From Polyangiaceae bacterium (GTDB taxonomy: Bacteria > Myxococcota_A > Polyangia > Polyangiales > Polyangiaceae): a stretch of 64,000 nucleotides of DNA. Every line of letters begins with the position of its first letter. Position 1 is the stretch's first letter. The notes under the pieces are model-generated. The model had not been told where the DNA came from. It saw nothing but the letters and a program-made list of their open reading frames with translations, and searched no databases. The position numbers and the translations under genes were made by a program. The stretch is from positions 48,320 to 112,319 of the forward strand of contig JBILLK010000033.1 in assembly GCA_044376115.1 (NCBI GenBank), given 5' to 3'. Shown piece after piece: positions 9,974-19,607 of the stretch.

Positions 9974-9979
9974 GCGCTC

Positions 9980-10927
9980 TTACTCGCCGGCCGTGCCCTT
10001 TTGTCCCTGGCACTCATCACCCTTGTTCCCAACCACGGTTCCACACGACTGAGTGGCGCGAGTGACCTCAACCTTACCGTCTGAGACGATCGGGTCATCC
10101 GCCTTGACGCAGTACTTGCCCGTCAGCTGCTGATCACCAAGGTCGAGGAACGGCCTAACCTCTGCACACTGGAAGCCATCCGGGCACTCACAGAAGTTGA
10201 AGTTGTCGTCCGCCGGCGCCCCTTCCGCGACGCCGCAGCGGCACGAGCAATAAACTGCGTTCTCCGCATTGCGCAGGTTCTCCGCATCACATTGGCCACA
10301 GACCTCTGCGGCAACGGGCGTATCCGTCCCGGGGATGCAACAATCCTTGTCTAGGTTCTCCTCGACAGAGAGCGTTCCGTCCTGGCAGTTGCCGGGCTTG
10401 TGACAAACGAACAGGCGGCACTGCTTGGTGTCCGCGTCGCAGCTGTACCCAGTGGGGCAGGAGTTGTCGCTGCATTGACAGAATCCCTCAGGATCACAAG
10501 CAGTTCCAAGCGCCTCGCAAGCAGTGTCATCGGAACAAGCGGGCGCAAACACGTCGGATTCGACACACTTCTCACCCTCGCCAGCGCAAGACGCGTCGGG
10601 GCCTGCACAAGGCTCCTTCGCTGACTGTCCAGCGGGACAACTGACCCTTCCTTGGAAGAAGTTCACGAGACAAATACGAGACTCGCACTGGAAACTGCGA
10701 GATTCGATGTTCTCCTGCGTCAGTTGAAAGCCCGCAAACGTACCCCGGTATTCGTCCTCCGGCGTACAAGGATCACCAATCCCCCCTGTTTGGCAGGAGC
10801 TTGGAAGTGCCGCGGCGGCGGAAATCGCGCCGATTGCCAACGAAGCCTTGAGGAGTTTGCTCCCCCACGCGAACTGCGAAACCTCCCCACGCGCAGGAAG
10901 TGAACTGCCAGATCGAGTGGAGACCAT
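9980..10927 (-). CDS. Cysteine-rich lipoprotein, GltK/CglC-like
   Basis: ATG 10927 after GAAGAAGG; lipoprotein-type signal (..AALPSSC); 31 Cys; IGDPC...IESRSFQCESRICLV...YCSCRC...KYCV resembles the CglC Cys spacing as recalled; divergent from gltC. Confidence 0.55.
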   Translation of the reverse strand: MVSTRSGSSLPARGEVSQFAWGSKLLKASLAIGAISAAAALPSSCQTGGIGDPCTPEDEYRGTFAGFQLTQENIESRSFQCESRICLVNFFQGRVSCPAGQSAKEPCAGPDASCAGEGEKCVESDVFAPACSDDTACEALGTACDPEGFCQCSDNSCPTGYSCDADTKQCRLFVCHKPGNCQDGTLSVEENLDKDCCIPGTDTPVAAEVCGQCDAENLRNAENAVYCSCRCGVAEGAPADDNFNFCECPDGFQCAEVRPFLDLGDQQLTGKYCVKADDPIVSDGKVEVTRATQSCGTVVGNKGDECQGQKGTAGE

Positions 10928-11101
10928 ACCTTCTTCTCGCGTCATGTTGCGTGCAAGCTCCTTCGTCGCCGAATGGCGCAGGCTCTCACTTCAGTTTTAT
11001 GCAGGGAAGGCCCTGCCAATGCGTTCAAAGCCCCTGAATCATCAGGAAAATCGCCACCCAACGGGCGGCTCTCAAACCAACAAGCATGCAAAGAGGACGG
11101 G

Positions 11102-11131
11102 ACTGTACCCAATCGTCCTTCATAGCGTCAA
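11102..11131 (-). promoter_or_regulatory. Sigma70-like promoter for the Cys-rich lipoprotein/yraN unit
   Basis: TTGACG-N18-TACAGT on the minus strand. Confidence 0.55.
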
Positions 11132-11245
11132 CCATCAATCCCGTTCCTTTGTAGCGGACCTCGAGAGCGTCATGTGGTTCTATGTGTGCAGCGACCTGGG
11201 TAATCTCCAGGCGCTCGACTTGCTTCAAACTGGCGGTTTTCGGCG

Positions 11246-11275
11246 TTGACACGACGTTTCCCCGGTGGGTACCAT
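11246..11275 (+). promoter_or_regulatory. Sigma70-like promoter for gltCDE
   Basis: TTGACA-N18-TACCAT, about 225 nt before the gltC ATG. Confidence 0.6.
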
Positions 11276-11501
11276 CCGCCGTCGCTACGGTTAGCTTTGT
11301 TGCAATCTTTAGTGGTTTCAAGCTCTTAGTAATTGGCTGCGCGAGGGTCTCATCCGGCCCGCGAGTTCGGCTTAGCGGTCACCCTATCTCCCCTCGGAGT
11401 TCTGGGCCGCCGTCAAGCCTCTGGGCCTCGGCACACGACAGGGTCAAAACCAAAGGCCCGCCGGTTGTTCTCCAACTCTCGAAACGTTGAGGATATTGAC
11501 G

Positions 11502-13253
11502 ATGCGAAAACGTTCCTTCGGCTGGGCCTCGTTGGCCTCCGCTCTCTTGGTGGTCGGCTCCAGCCTCGTTGGCCCGGGCTCCGCGCCGAATTGGCTTTCG
11601 GTGGGCGCACGTGACGCCCAGGCTCAGCCGAAAAAAGCTGAAGTGATCGACCTCGATGCTGACGAGGGTAAGGAAGAGGGCAAGACGGATGCCCCGCCGG
11701 GTGAGCCGCCGGCCATCGGCACGATGACTGAAGAGGCCGCCCAAGCGAAGCGGCTGTTCGACAAGGCCCAGTGGGAGGATGCGGCGCTCGCTCTTCGCCG
11801 CGTAACCGGTGGCGAAACCGGGGACGATGAAGGCAACAAGCAGATCGCCCAGTACCATCTGGCAATCGCGCTCTTCAACCTGAAGTTCTACCAAGCCAGC
11901 TACTCAATCTTCTCCGACATCGCTGGCAACAAGGCGCACCACAAGTTCAACGAAACGCTGCTTTGGCTGGCAAAGCTCGCGACTCAATTGCCTGAGCCCG
12001 CCGACATTGTCGAGCGAGTGGGAAAGTACGACGACGAGGCGCTGAAAGGCTTCAACAACCCAAACCAGCAAAACCTCTACTGGCAGCTCTCTTATCTCTT
12101 GGGCCGTTATCGCTACCGCGCTCGCAGTTATGACGAGGCCATCACGCTATTCAAGCAGGTGGACAAGCGCTCGCCCTACTACGTTCAAGCGCAGTTTTTC
12201 CAAGGCATCACTCACGTTCAAAAGCGGGAATCGATCCCCGCAGTGAAGGCCTTCCAAAACATCATCGACACTCTTCCCGATGCAGAAGGGGTTGATGACA
12301 AGGCGCGTATGCAAGACTTGGCGCACTTGTCGATGGCCCGTACGTACTACTCCGCGTCGGTGCGTTTGGATGACAGCGGTATCCCCAAGATTGACCCGAA
12401 GAAACTATCGGCCGCAGTCAAATATTGGAACCGGGTGGACGTCGCGAGTGAGTACTGGCTCGACGCGCTCTTCGAGGGGTCCTGGGCCTACTTCATGGCT
12501 GGCGATTACCCTCACGCACTCGGCAACATTCACACGCTTGAGTCGCCATTCTTTCCCAACTCCTTCTACCCGGAGGCAGAGATCTTGAAGGCGGTTATCG
12601 CCTTTACGATCTGTCAGTACGAGGACGCGACCACGATCGTTGCCCGCATGAAAGAGCGGTACGAGCCAATCCGCAAGGAGCTCGACGGCATTCTCGATAA
12701 GTACAAGGACGACGAATCAGGTCAGCAGTTCTTCTCGTTCATGAAGGAGGTTCGTGAGGGCAAGGCAAAGTTGTCGCCCACCGTCAAGCCGATCGTTGAG
12801 AACGCGCTCTCGGATCGCCAGCTACTGCGCAACATCGAGTACGTGAAGCTACTCGACCAGGAGGCAACCCTGTTCAAGTCGAAGAACGCGGCTTTCCAGA
12901 GTTCAGACTTGGGAGCCGACATCACCGACGCGCTCGACTTGGCTCGCGAACTCGCCGTTCGTAACGCTGGTACGCTCGCGAGGGACCGCTACACGCGCTA
13001 CCTCGACGAGTTGAACGAGCATCTTCGCAACGCACAAAAGATCCTCATCGACATCGTGAACGCTGAGCGCAACAAGCTCGATGAGAAGGTGATTAAGGGT
13101 CAGATCGGAAAAGAAGAGACGGACGTTTACGGCGTGGTCTCGCCTGATGAAGAGCACGTGCTTTGGCCGTTTGATGGCGAGTACTGGCGCGACGAACTCG
13201 GGTTCTACCGTCAGGTCGTTGTTTCTAAGTGTGGTGGCGGACCGAAGAAGTAA
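11502..13253 (+). CDS. gltC: Gliding motility TPR protein GltC
   Basis: Signal peptide, TPRs, WLDALFEGSWAYF, GNIHTLESPFF..FYPEAEILKA and C-terminal WPFDGEYWRDELGFYR...SKC, characteristic of GltC. Confidence 0.85.
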   Translation: MRKRSFGWASLASALLVVGSSLVGPGSAPNWLSVGARDAQAQPKKAEVIDLDADEGKEEGKTDAPPGEPPAIGTMTEEAAQAKRLFDKAQWEDAALALRRVTGGETGDDEGNKQIAQYHLAIALFNLKFYQASYSIFSDIAGNKAHHKFNETLLWLAKLATQLPEPADIVERVGKYDDEALKGFNNPNQQNLYWQLSYLLGRYRYRARSYDEAITLFKQVDKRSPYYVQAQFFQGITHVQKRESIPAVKAFQNIIDTLPDAEGVDDKARMQDLAHLSMARTYYSASVRLDDSGIPKIDPKKLSAAVKYWNRVDVASEYWLDALFEGSWAYFMAGDYPHALGNIHTLESPFFPNSFYPEAEILKAVIAFTICQYEDATTIVARMKERYEPIRKELDGILDKYKDDESGQQFFSFMKEVREGKAKLSPTVKPIVENALSDRQLLRNIEYVKLLDQEATLFKSKNAAFQSSDLGADITDALDLARELAVRNAGTLARDRYTRYLDELNEHLRNAQKILIDIVNAERNKLDEKVIKGQIGKEETDVYGVVSPDEEHVLWPFDGEYWRDELGFYRQVVVSKCGGGPKK

Positions 13254-13402
13254 CTTTTAGTAGCACTCGCTCGCGGGATGCCTCCCGGCGAAAAGTGCCA
13301 TGCTCGAGATGGGGAGCCCAGGCTCCCCCTCGGAACTGACTTCACAGAAGGTTGGATCCAAGGGCGACGCCCCTCTGCGCGTCTGAGGTACGGAGACGAA
13401 TC

Positions 13403-16400
13403 ATGAACCAGCGTAGATTCGGAGCGAGAGCTCTTCGATTGGCGGCGGCCGTGTGCACCGTCGCGGTTTCAGGGGTGGGCCTTGGCGACGCCAGCGCTCA
13501 GGAGTGTATCTCAGCCGCGGCCAAACAGGCTCTCTCCGAGTGCCCCTCGGGCACCCTGAAAGCCTCTGCGGCGAAGAAGCCAGAGGTGAGTTTTTCAACC
13601 GCGCCACCAGGCCCTAGCCTGAAGAAGCGCGATGATATGACGAAGCCGACAAACCCGACCGACATCGCGGCGGCAGCTCAACGAGACGAGCGCCAAGCCA
13701 AGATGCAAAAGAAGACTCGGCAACTGCTTGTTACCGAGATTCAGGGCTTGGAGACGCTGTTTGCGGATACCAAGAAGAATTCTCCCGACCGCCCGAAATT
13801 GGCGAGGCGCCTCGCCGAGGGCTACGTCGAGTTGGAAGCGGCTGCTTTCCGCGACCAAACTGAAGCAGACATCAAAGCGCAAGATGCAAATCGGAAGAAG
13901 GATTCGGACGGAGCCAAAGCTGCTACGGAGCAGGCTGCAAAGGCCAAGCAGGTCGTCGCAACTGCGCGCAAGAGTGCGATCAAGTACTACACCTTGGTGA
14001 AGGACCAGTACCCGAAGTGGTGCCAAACTCCGAACGCCCAGGACGCATCAAAGAGCAGCGGTTGTGGTGACGAGGTTCTCTACTACCTCGCTTACGAGTA
14101 CGAACAGGCCAAGGACCTCGTTAAGGCTCGCGAGATCTATTACGAGCTCGTCAACAACTGGAAGACCTCCAAGTATCGTCCGAACGCGTACTTGGCCTTC
14201 GGCGAGCTGTATTTCCAAGAAGCGCAGAGTGACCCTTCAGTGTGGGCAGCCGCAGAGGCTGCATACACTCAGGTTATTGGCGCACCGCCCCCCGATAACA
14301 AGGTCTACGGTTACGCGCTCTACAAGCTCGGCTACGTCTACTGGAACCAGGGCGAGTACGAAAAGTCGGTCGATGCCTTCAAGAAGGTCATCGACTACGG
14401 AACAAAATTCTCGCAGCTCCCCAACGCAAGTCAGCTAGCAACGTCTGCGCGGCGAGATGTCATTCCGGTCTATGCACTTTGGGGCGATCCGAAGAAGGCC
14501 TACAATTTCTTCAAGCCGCTTTCGGGAGACGCAGGCGGCGAGAACGACAAGACCTTCAAGATGATGGATGAACTCGGTATCAACTACCTTGATACTGGTC
14601 ACTACGATGAAGGAATTGCGCTCTACACCGACCTTATGGGGCGGGATAAGGGCCCGAAGTGGTGCGAGTACCACGGCCATATTGCTGAAGCCACGTTGGC
14701 CAAAAAGTCTGGTGACAAGGACGCGATCGTCAAAGTCATCGGCCGGCAATTCGACGTTCAGAAGGAGTTTGCCGGCGGAAGTTCTGCTGCAGACGCCAAA
14801 ACGAAGTGCGGTAACATTACCGCGGAGATCGCAGCAGAAACTGCGATGGCGTGGCATCTGGAGGCCGTTGGCTCTGGCGGCGTTCGCGGGACCAGCGATC
14901 CCAAGACCATGAAAGCGGCAGCTGACCTCTACCAACAGGTAGTTGGCACGTTCACGCAAGCCGACTTTGGCAAGTTCACCTTCCCACGCATTGTGAAGGA
15001 AGACTGGCCGGACATCATGAAGATCAAATACGCGATGGCCGACCTTCTCTACTTCCAGAAGGATTGGGAAAAGTGCGGACCTGCTTTCGACTCCGTCGTC
15101 GCCGAGGACCCCAAGGGACCGAACGCCGCGGAGGCCGCTTTTGCGGCCGTGCTCTGTTACCAGAACATCTATACGGAGCGCCACAAGGGTGGCGAGGATC
15201 GCAAGGGCACCGGCAATCTTCCTGGCGACGAGAAGAAGAAGACCGCGGCACAGACTCAGGCGGATAAGGAGAAGTACAAGCCGAAGGACTTCACGCCCGA
15301 CCAAAAGGGAATGCTCACGGCTTTCAACCGCTACGTCTGCTACATCCAGCCGGACAAGAGCAACAAGGAAGCCTTCGACCAGTTCGTCGAGGTGAAGTTT
15401 GCTCGTGCTCGAACCTACTTCGAGTCACGGCACTGGGAAGAAGCGGCTATCGGCTTCCGCGACGTGGCGATGAACTACTCCGACCGAGAGGTTGGGATCT
15501 TCTCGGCGCAGCTCTACCTTGAGTCACTCAACATCGTTGGTTCTCACTCCGATCCGCCGCGTTCAAGTTGCTATGAGGACATGGGAAAGGACGTTCCCGA
15601 GTTCATCAAGCTGTACTGCGATGGTGCTAAGAAGCAGCAGAACGAGGAGCAATGCGGCATTCTGTTCCGCATCCAGCGCGACATCGAGCGGAAGCGCGCT
15701 GAAACCATGGTTGAGGAAGCCGATAAGGGCGGAGCGAACTCGCTCGAAAAGTATCGTACTGCCGCCCAGCTTTACCTCGATATGTGGGAAAAGTACGGTA
15801 AAGAGCCGTGCGAACGCGACCAAAAGGACGCCTGCGCGCGAAACGACGAGGTGCTCTACAACGCAGCTCGTGCCTTCCAAGCGGCCCGTTTGCTCGCCAA
15901 GGCCATCGCTGTCCGAAAGATCCTGATCAACCCGAAGTACAACCTCCACACGACGGAATTGGCGAAGAAGGCCGTTTGGGAGATCGGCGCCAACTACCAG
16001 GCAATTGCGGTCTACGAAGAGGCTGCGACTTGGTTTGAGCGCTTCGCATCAGAGTCACCGAAGGACGAGAAGGCGCCCCAAGCACTTAGCGACGCTGTGG
16101 TGCTTCGACTTGGTCTCGGGCAACAGGATCAGGCAATCAAGGATTCGGAGCTGTTCCAGAAGCAGTTCTCGAATCGCGCTCAGCAAGCTGCGCAGATTGC
16201 CTTTGCTATCGGGGCTCACTACGCGGACCGCGAGGATTGGCGTAACGCCGAGAAGCGCTTGTCGAGTGCAATCGGCCAGATCGACAAGAATGCCACAGCG
16301 GACGTGCAGATTCAGGCACATGGGCTTCTCGCTCGCGTCTACGACAGAAACGGAAACAAGAGCAAGGCGAAGCAGGAGTACGACAAGGTTCGCGGTTTCT

Positions 16401-17287
16401 GGAAGGACCCTGCTGCCGCCGTGAAAAAGATCGAGGAGATCTCGGCTGCCGCAGGTGAGGGTGAAGCGCAAACGCTGCGCCGATTGGGCAAGACGCTCGA
16501 GGCCGTGGGTGAGGCGTACTTCTTCTCCGCCGAAGAGAAAAAGGCAGTCGTCGATAAGATTCTCTTCCCTGAGTACAAGGGCTCGGGAGAGCGTGCTGAG
16601 GTCGAGAAGTTTGTGACCACCAAGGTCAAGGACTGGCAAGAGAAGAAGCGCAAGGCAGTTGAGGAAGCCGACAAGGAGTATCAAAAGATCCTCGGACTTC
16701 AGCCTGTCCCGCCCCCCCGTTGGGTTATCGCTGCAGGCTCACGCGTAGGCCAAATGAAGGGCCGATTCGTAGCAGAGTTCCGTGCAGCTCCGATTCCGAA
16801 GGATTGGAAGCAGAACGGCCCGAGTCCCTACGGAGATCTCCTCTGGGAAGAAATCCGTGGCGCGTACTACGCGAAGCTCGACGAGGTCTCGGAGCCCGAT
16901 AAGCAGGCGGCACGCGGCGCCTACAAGACGTGTCTTGACCTTTCGGTCAAGCACCAATTCTTTGATGAGTTCTCCCGCTCCTGTGAGCAGTGGTTGTCCA
17001 AGAATTTCCCCGCTGAGTACCACTTGATTGACGAGTTTCGCAGTGCTCCGAATCGTTTGGGTACCGGCATCAACGAGCGCGCAGTCCCGTTGAACATGGA
17101 CGGCTCTCCGTTCACGGTCATCATTGAGGAGAAGGCGGAGAAGAAGCCCGCAAGTGGTCCTGCGGCTGCGACTCCCGCGGCGAATGGTGGTGGCTCTAGC
17201 TCTAGCTCGGGTGGCTCTAGCTCGGGCGGCTCTAGCTCGGGCGGCTCGAAAGAAGACGATGCACTGAGCAAGGCGAAGAAGAAGTGA
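13403..17287 (+). CDS. gltD: Gliding motility TPR protein GltD (AgmU)
   Basis: 1294 aa; signal peptide; multiple TPR clusters (DEVLYYLAYEY, AYLAFGELYF, YALYKLGYVYWN, DEVLYNAA); WVIAAGSRVG; lies between gltC-like and gltE-like genes. Confidence 0.8.
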   Translation: MNQRRFGARALRLAAAVCTVAVSGVGLGDASAQECISAAAKQALSECPSGTLKASAAKKPEVSFSTAPPGPSLKKRDDMTKPTNPTDIAAAAQRDERQAKMQKKTRQLLVTEIQGLETLFADTKKNSPDRPKLARRLAEGYVELEAAAFRDQTEADIKAQDANRKKDSDGAKAATEQAAKAKQVVATARKSAIKYYTLVKDQYPKWCQTPNAQDASKSSGCGDEVLYYLAYEYEQAKDLVKAREIYYELVNNWKTSKYRPNAYLAFGELYFQEAQSDPSVWAAAEAAYTQVIGAPPPDNKVYGYALYKLGYVYWNQGEYEKSVDAFKKVIDYGTKFSQLPNASQLATSARRDVIPVYALWGDPKKAYNFFKPLSGDAGGENDKTFKMMDELGINYLDTGHYDEGIALYTDLMGRDKGPKWCEYHGHIAEATLAKKSGDKDAIVKVIGRQFDVQKEFAGGSSAADAKTKCGNITAEIAAETAMAWHLEAVGSGGVRGTSDPKTMKAAADLYQQVVGTFTQADFGKFTFPRIVKEDWPDIMKIKYAMADLLYFQKDWEKCGPAFDSVVAEDPKGPNAAEAAFAAVLCYQNIYTERHKGGEDRKGTGNLPGDEKKKTAAQTQADKEKYKPKDFTPDQKGMLTAFNRYVCYIQPDKSNKEAFDQFVEVKFARARTYFESRHWEEAAIGFRDVAMNYSDREVGIFSAQLYLESLNIVGSHSDPPRSSCYEDMGKDVPEFIKLYCDGAKKQQNEEQCGILFRIQRDIERKRAETMVEEADKGGANSLEKYRTAAQLYLDMWEKYGKEPCERDQKDACARNDEVLYNAARAFQAARLLAKAIAVRKILINPKYNLHTTELAKKAVWEIGANYQAIAVYEEAATWFERFASESPKDEKAPQALSDAVVLRLGLGQQDQAIKDSELFQKQFSNRAQQAAQIAFAIGAHYADREDWRNAEKRLSSAIGQIDKNATADVQIQAHGLLARVYDRNGNKSKAKQEYDKVRGFWKDPAAAVKKIEEISAAAGEGEAQTLRRLGKTLEAVGEAYFFSAEEKKAVVDKILFPEYKGSGERAEVEKFVTTKVKDWQEKKRKAVEEADKEYQKILGLQPVPPPRWVIAAGSRVGQMKGRFVAEFRAAPIPKDWKQNGPSPYGDLLWEEIRGAYYAKLDEVSEPDKQAARGAYKTCLDLSVKHQFFDEFSRSCEQWLSKNFPAEYHLIDEFRSAPNRLGTGINERAVPLNMDGSPFTVIIEEKAEKKPASGPAAATPAANGGGSSSSSGGSSSGGSSSGGSKEDDALSKAKKK
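17189..17248 (+). repeat. 15-bp tandem repeat encoding a GGSSS linker in GltD
   Basis: GGYGGCTCTAGCTCG-type units, about 4 copies. Confidence 0.8.
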
Positions 17288-17307
17288 ATACTACCCAGGA
17301 TAAAGCC

Positions 17308-18837
17308 ATGAAGTATCGTTCCCTCACTCGCACTCTTGCACTTGTTCTTGCGGCTGTCGGGGTGTTGACCATCACCGGCTGTGATGATGGCTCTCAGCCC
17401 ATCAAGGACCCCTCCAAAGTTACTGGCCCGGTCGACAACACCGGCTCGCCAGTCAGCAAGGAGGCGGCAGACACCTACGCAGCAGCACTCGCTGAGATGG
17501 ACAAGCTCGATAAGACCGCAGGGGCTTGGAACGAGACCACTTGCAAGAGCGTCGCCGACAAATTCTTGAAGGCTGCTGAAGTCCAGCAGAGCGAGATGGA
17601 CAAGTACTTCGCCACGGCGGTCTACAACGCCGGCGCGGCGTATCATCGTTGCCAGAACCTTGCGGAGGCTCGGAAGCACTACAAGGAGGTTCTCGACAAG
17701 GACGAGAAGTTCCATCGCGCGCGGGTGCAGTTGGCTCGGTTTGACCTTGCGGAGTCGAACGACACGGCGACCGACAAGGCGATGTCTGAGTTTGAGCGAG
17801 CTGTCGCCGACTCTGAGTTTCAGAACGTTGAGGCCTTAGTTGAGCTTGCCCGTCTGCAGATGCGTCGCAACAACGCCGTGTCGAACGAAGAAGGTCCAAA
17901 CGACTACGAACGTGCAAAGAAGAACCTTCAGCGCGCGCTTGCGGTGGATGACGCCTACATGCCGGCGTTCAACCAATTGGCGTTGTACTACCTGGAGCGA
18001 GCGCGTCAGAACGCAGGCGATAAGTCGTCCTCGTCAAAAGTGGCCCGCGGCGCCAAGAAGACGAAGGTGGATACGCAAGCGATCGACCTCGCACTTCTGG
18101 TTGCGTCTCAGGGCATTCGAAAGAACCCGAACTACGGCTCGATTCACAACACCGCTGGGCTCATCTACGCGGAGATCGGCGATCTTAACAACGCCGTGGT
18201 TCGGTTCGGTACTGCTCGTCAGGTGGACCCGAATTTCTTCGAGGCCCACATGAACTACGCGGCCGTCAACATGATGTTTCGCGGCTTCGCTAAGGCAGAG
18301 GATGCCTACCGGCAGGCGACTAAGCTCCGTTCGTCAGACTACGACGCCCACTTGGGACTCGCACTGGCACTTCGTGGTCAAGCCGACTCTGCTCCTGACG
18401 CAGACAAGAAGCTCGCCGAGGCGGAGCAGATGATTGCAAAGGCCAAGCAGCTTGATGGCAATCGCCCTGAGGCTTACTTCAATCACGCGATTCTCGTTCA
18501 GGGCTACAAGGGCAAGAGCGCTGGGGAAGCGGGCAACAAGGCTCTTGAAGAGGCCATTGGACTCTTTCAAGAGTTCGTTAAAAAGGCAGAGGGGAAGCCT
18601 GAGTTCGCGGAAGCAATCGAGGACGTGAACGCAGTCCCGACCAAGTCCGACAAGGAATGTCTCGGTCCCAAGGCGAAATCCGATCCCAAGTGCAAACGGG
18701 GTCGTATCCTCGATATCAAGGAGATTATTGACTTCAACCGGCAAAGTGCGGCCGACCAGAAGAAGCTTGAAGAGGAGGCTAAGGTTCAGGCTGCTTTGGA
18801 AGAAGCAGGAACCGCGCCCGCTGGGGAAGGCAACTAA
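17308..18837 (+). CDS. gltE: Gliding motility TPR lipoprotein GltE (AglT)
   Basis: Lipobox LTITGC; TPRs (IHNTAGLIY, FFEAHMNYAAV, YDAHLGLALALRG, RPEAYFNHAIL); follows gltD. Confidence 0.8.
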   Translation: MKYRSLTRTLALVLAAVGVLTITGCDDGSQPIKDPSKVTGPVDNTGSPVSKEAADTYAAALAEMDKLDKTAGAWNETTCKSVADKFLKAAEVQQSEMDKYFATAVYNAGAAYHRCQNLAEARKHYKEVLDKDEKFHRARVQLARFDLAESNDTATDKAMSEFERAVADSEFQNVEALVELARLQMRRNNAVSNEEGPNDYERAKKNLQRALAVDDAYMPAFNQLALYYLERARQNAGDKSSSSKVARGAKKTKVDTQAIDLALLVASQGIRKNPNYGSIHNTAGLIYAEIGDLNNAVVRFGTARQVDPNFFEAHMNYAAVNMMFRGFAKAEDAYRQATKLRSSDYDAHLGLALALRGQADSAPDADKKLAEAEQMIAKAKQLDGNRPEAYFNHAILVQGYKGKSAGEAGNKALEEAIGLFQEFVKKAEGKPEFAEAIEDVNAVPTKSDKECLGPKAKSDPKCKRGRILDIKEIIDFNRQSAADQKKLEEEAKVQAALEEAGTAPAGEGN

Positions 18838-18858
18838 CGGGAAGCTTCAGCTGCGAGC

Positions 18859-18890
18859 AAAGCCTCAGCCCTTAGGGTTGAGGCTTTATT
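18859..18890 (+). terminator. Intrinsic terminator after gltE
   Basis: AAAGCCTCAGCCC-TTA-GGGTTGAGGCTTT followed by ATT. Confidence 0.7.
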
Positions 18891-19032
18891 CGTTTCAGGC
18901 GGCTCAAGCTCCCGCGTGACGAAGAATTTTAGGAACTTCACTTTCGACCCAATGTCTGAGCCTCACGTGGGTCGCGAGTTGGCGCGGAGTATCGAACGAA
19001 GTTTCGCAGAGTGTGTTGGAGCTCGGGCGCAG

Positions 19033-19062
19033 TTGACGCGTAAGGGCTCCGGATCTTACGAT
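19033..19062 (+). promoter_or_regulatory. Sigma70-like promoter for gltF-gltG
   Basis: TTGACG-N18-TACGAT downstream of the gltE terminator. Confidence 0.55.
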
Positions 19063-19158
19063 GAAAGTGAAATGCGTATTGTTCGTCGGTCGCCGAGGGT
19101 TTCGGGGCAGGCGGCGATAGCAACCTCCCACAAGAAATTTGTGGGCTTGGAGGGTGAG

Positions 19159-19434
19159 ATGACGCGGTCGACCCTGAAGTTTGCAGCAACAGCACTAGTT
19201 TTGGGCGTGAGCCTATTCTCCAGCGCGACTGTCTTTGCGCAAGAGGAGACTCGCTCATCGGATGGCGAAGGTGGTGGCTACGGTTACGAATTCACGGATG
19301 ATCCGCTTAATGCAGGCGGTTTCGGTCCAAACGACGCAACCATCCGCGTGCGTCCGGGGCCCGTGCGCACCACGCTGATTCGACCCCGAACTTCATTCGT
19401 CAACGAGATGCTAAAGTCGGTCGAAAATCTCTAA
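19159..19434 (+). CDS. gltF: Gliding motility small exported protein GltF (CglF)
   Basis: GGAGG RBS, ATG 19159, 91 aa; signal peptide; YEFTDDPL...LIRPRTSFVNEMLKSVENL signature; sits between gltE and gltG. Confidence 0.85.
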   Translation: MTRSTLKFAATALVLGVSLFSSATVFAQEETRSSDGEGGGYGYEFTDDPLNAGGFGPNDATIRVRPGPVRTTLIRPRTSFVNEMLKSVENL

Positions 19435-19607
19435 CCTCGGCTACGTGAAGTCGGCGCCACCTCGACATTGGTGCCGAATGAATGGAACTCCGTTGGGAGT
19501 TCTTCCCCAATGGGGCGAGCCCTGGTCGTCGATCGGGTATGAGTTTGCGCGGTAATTTCGCAAGTGTTTGATTGAACGATCAGGCTCCAGTTAGGAAGGC
19601 AAAGAAA

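Noticed and set aside
11025..11321. 98-aa minus ORF in the gltK-gltC intergenic region
   Set aside because: It spans both predicted promoters and has no recognisable motif.
18916..19158. Long N-terminus of the 172-aa ORF
   Set aside because: The RBS and signal peptide indicate a start at 19159; the upstream part contains the promoter.
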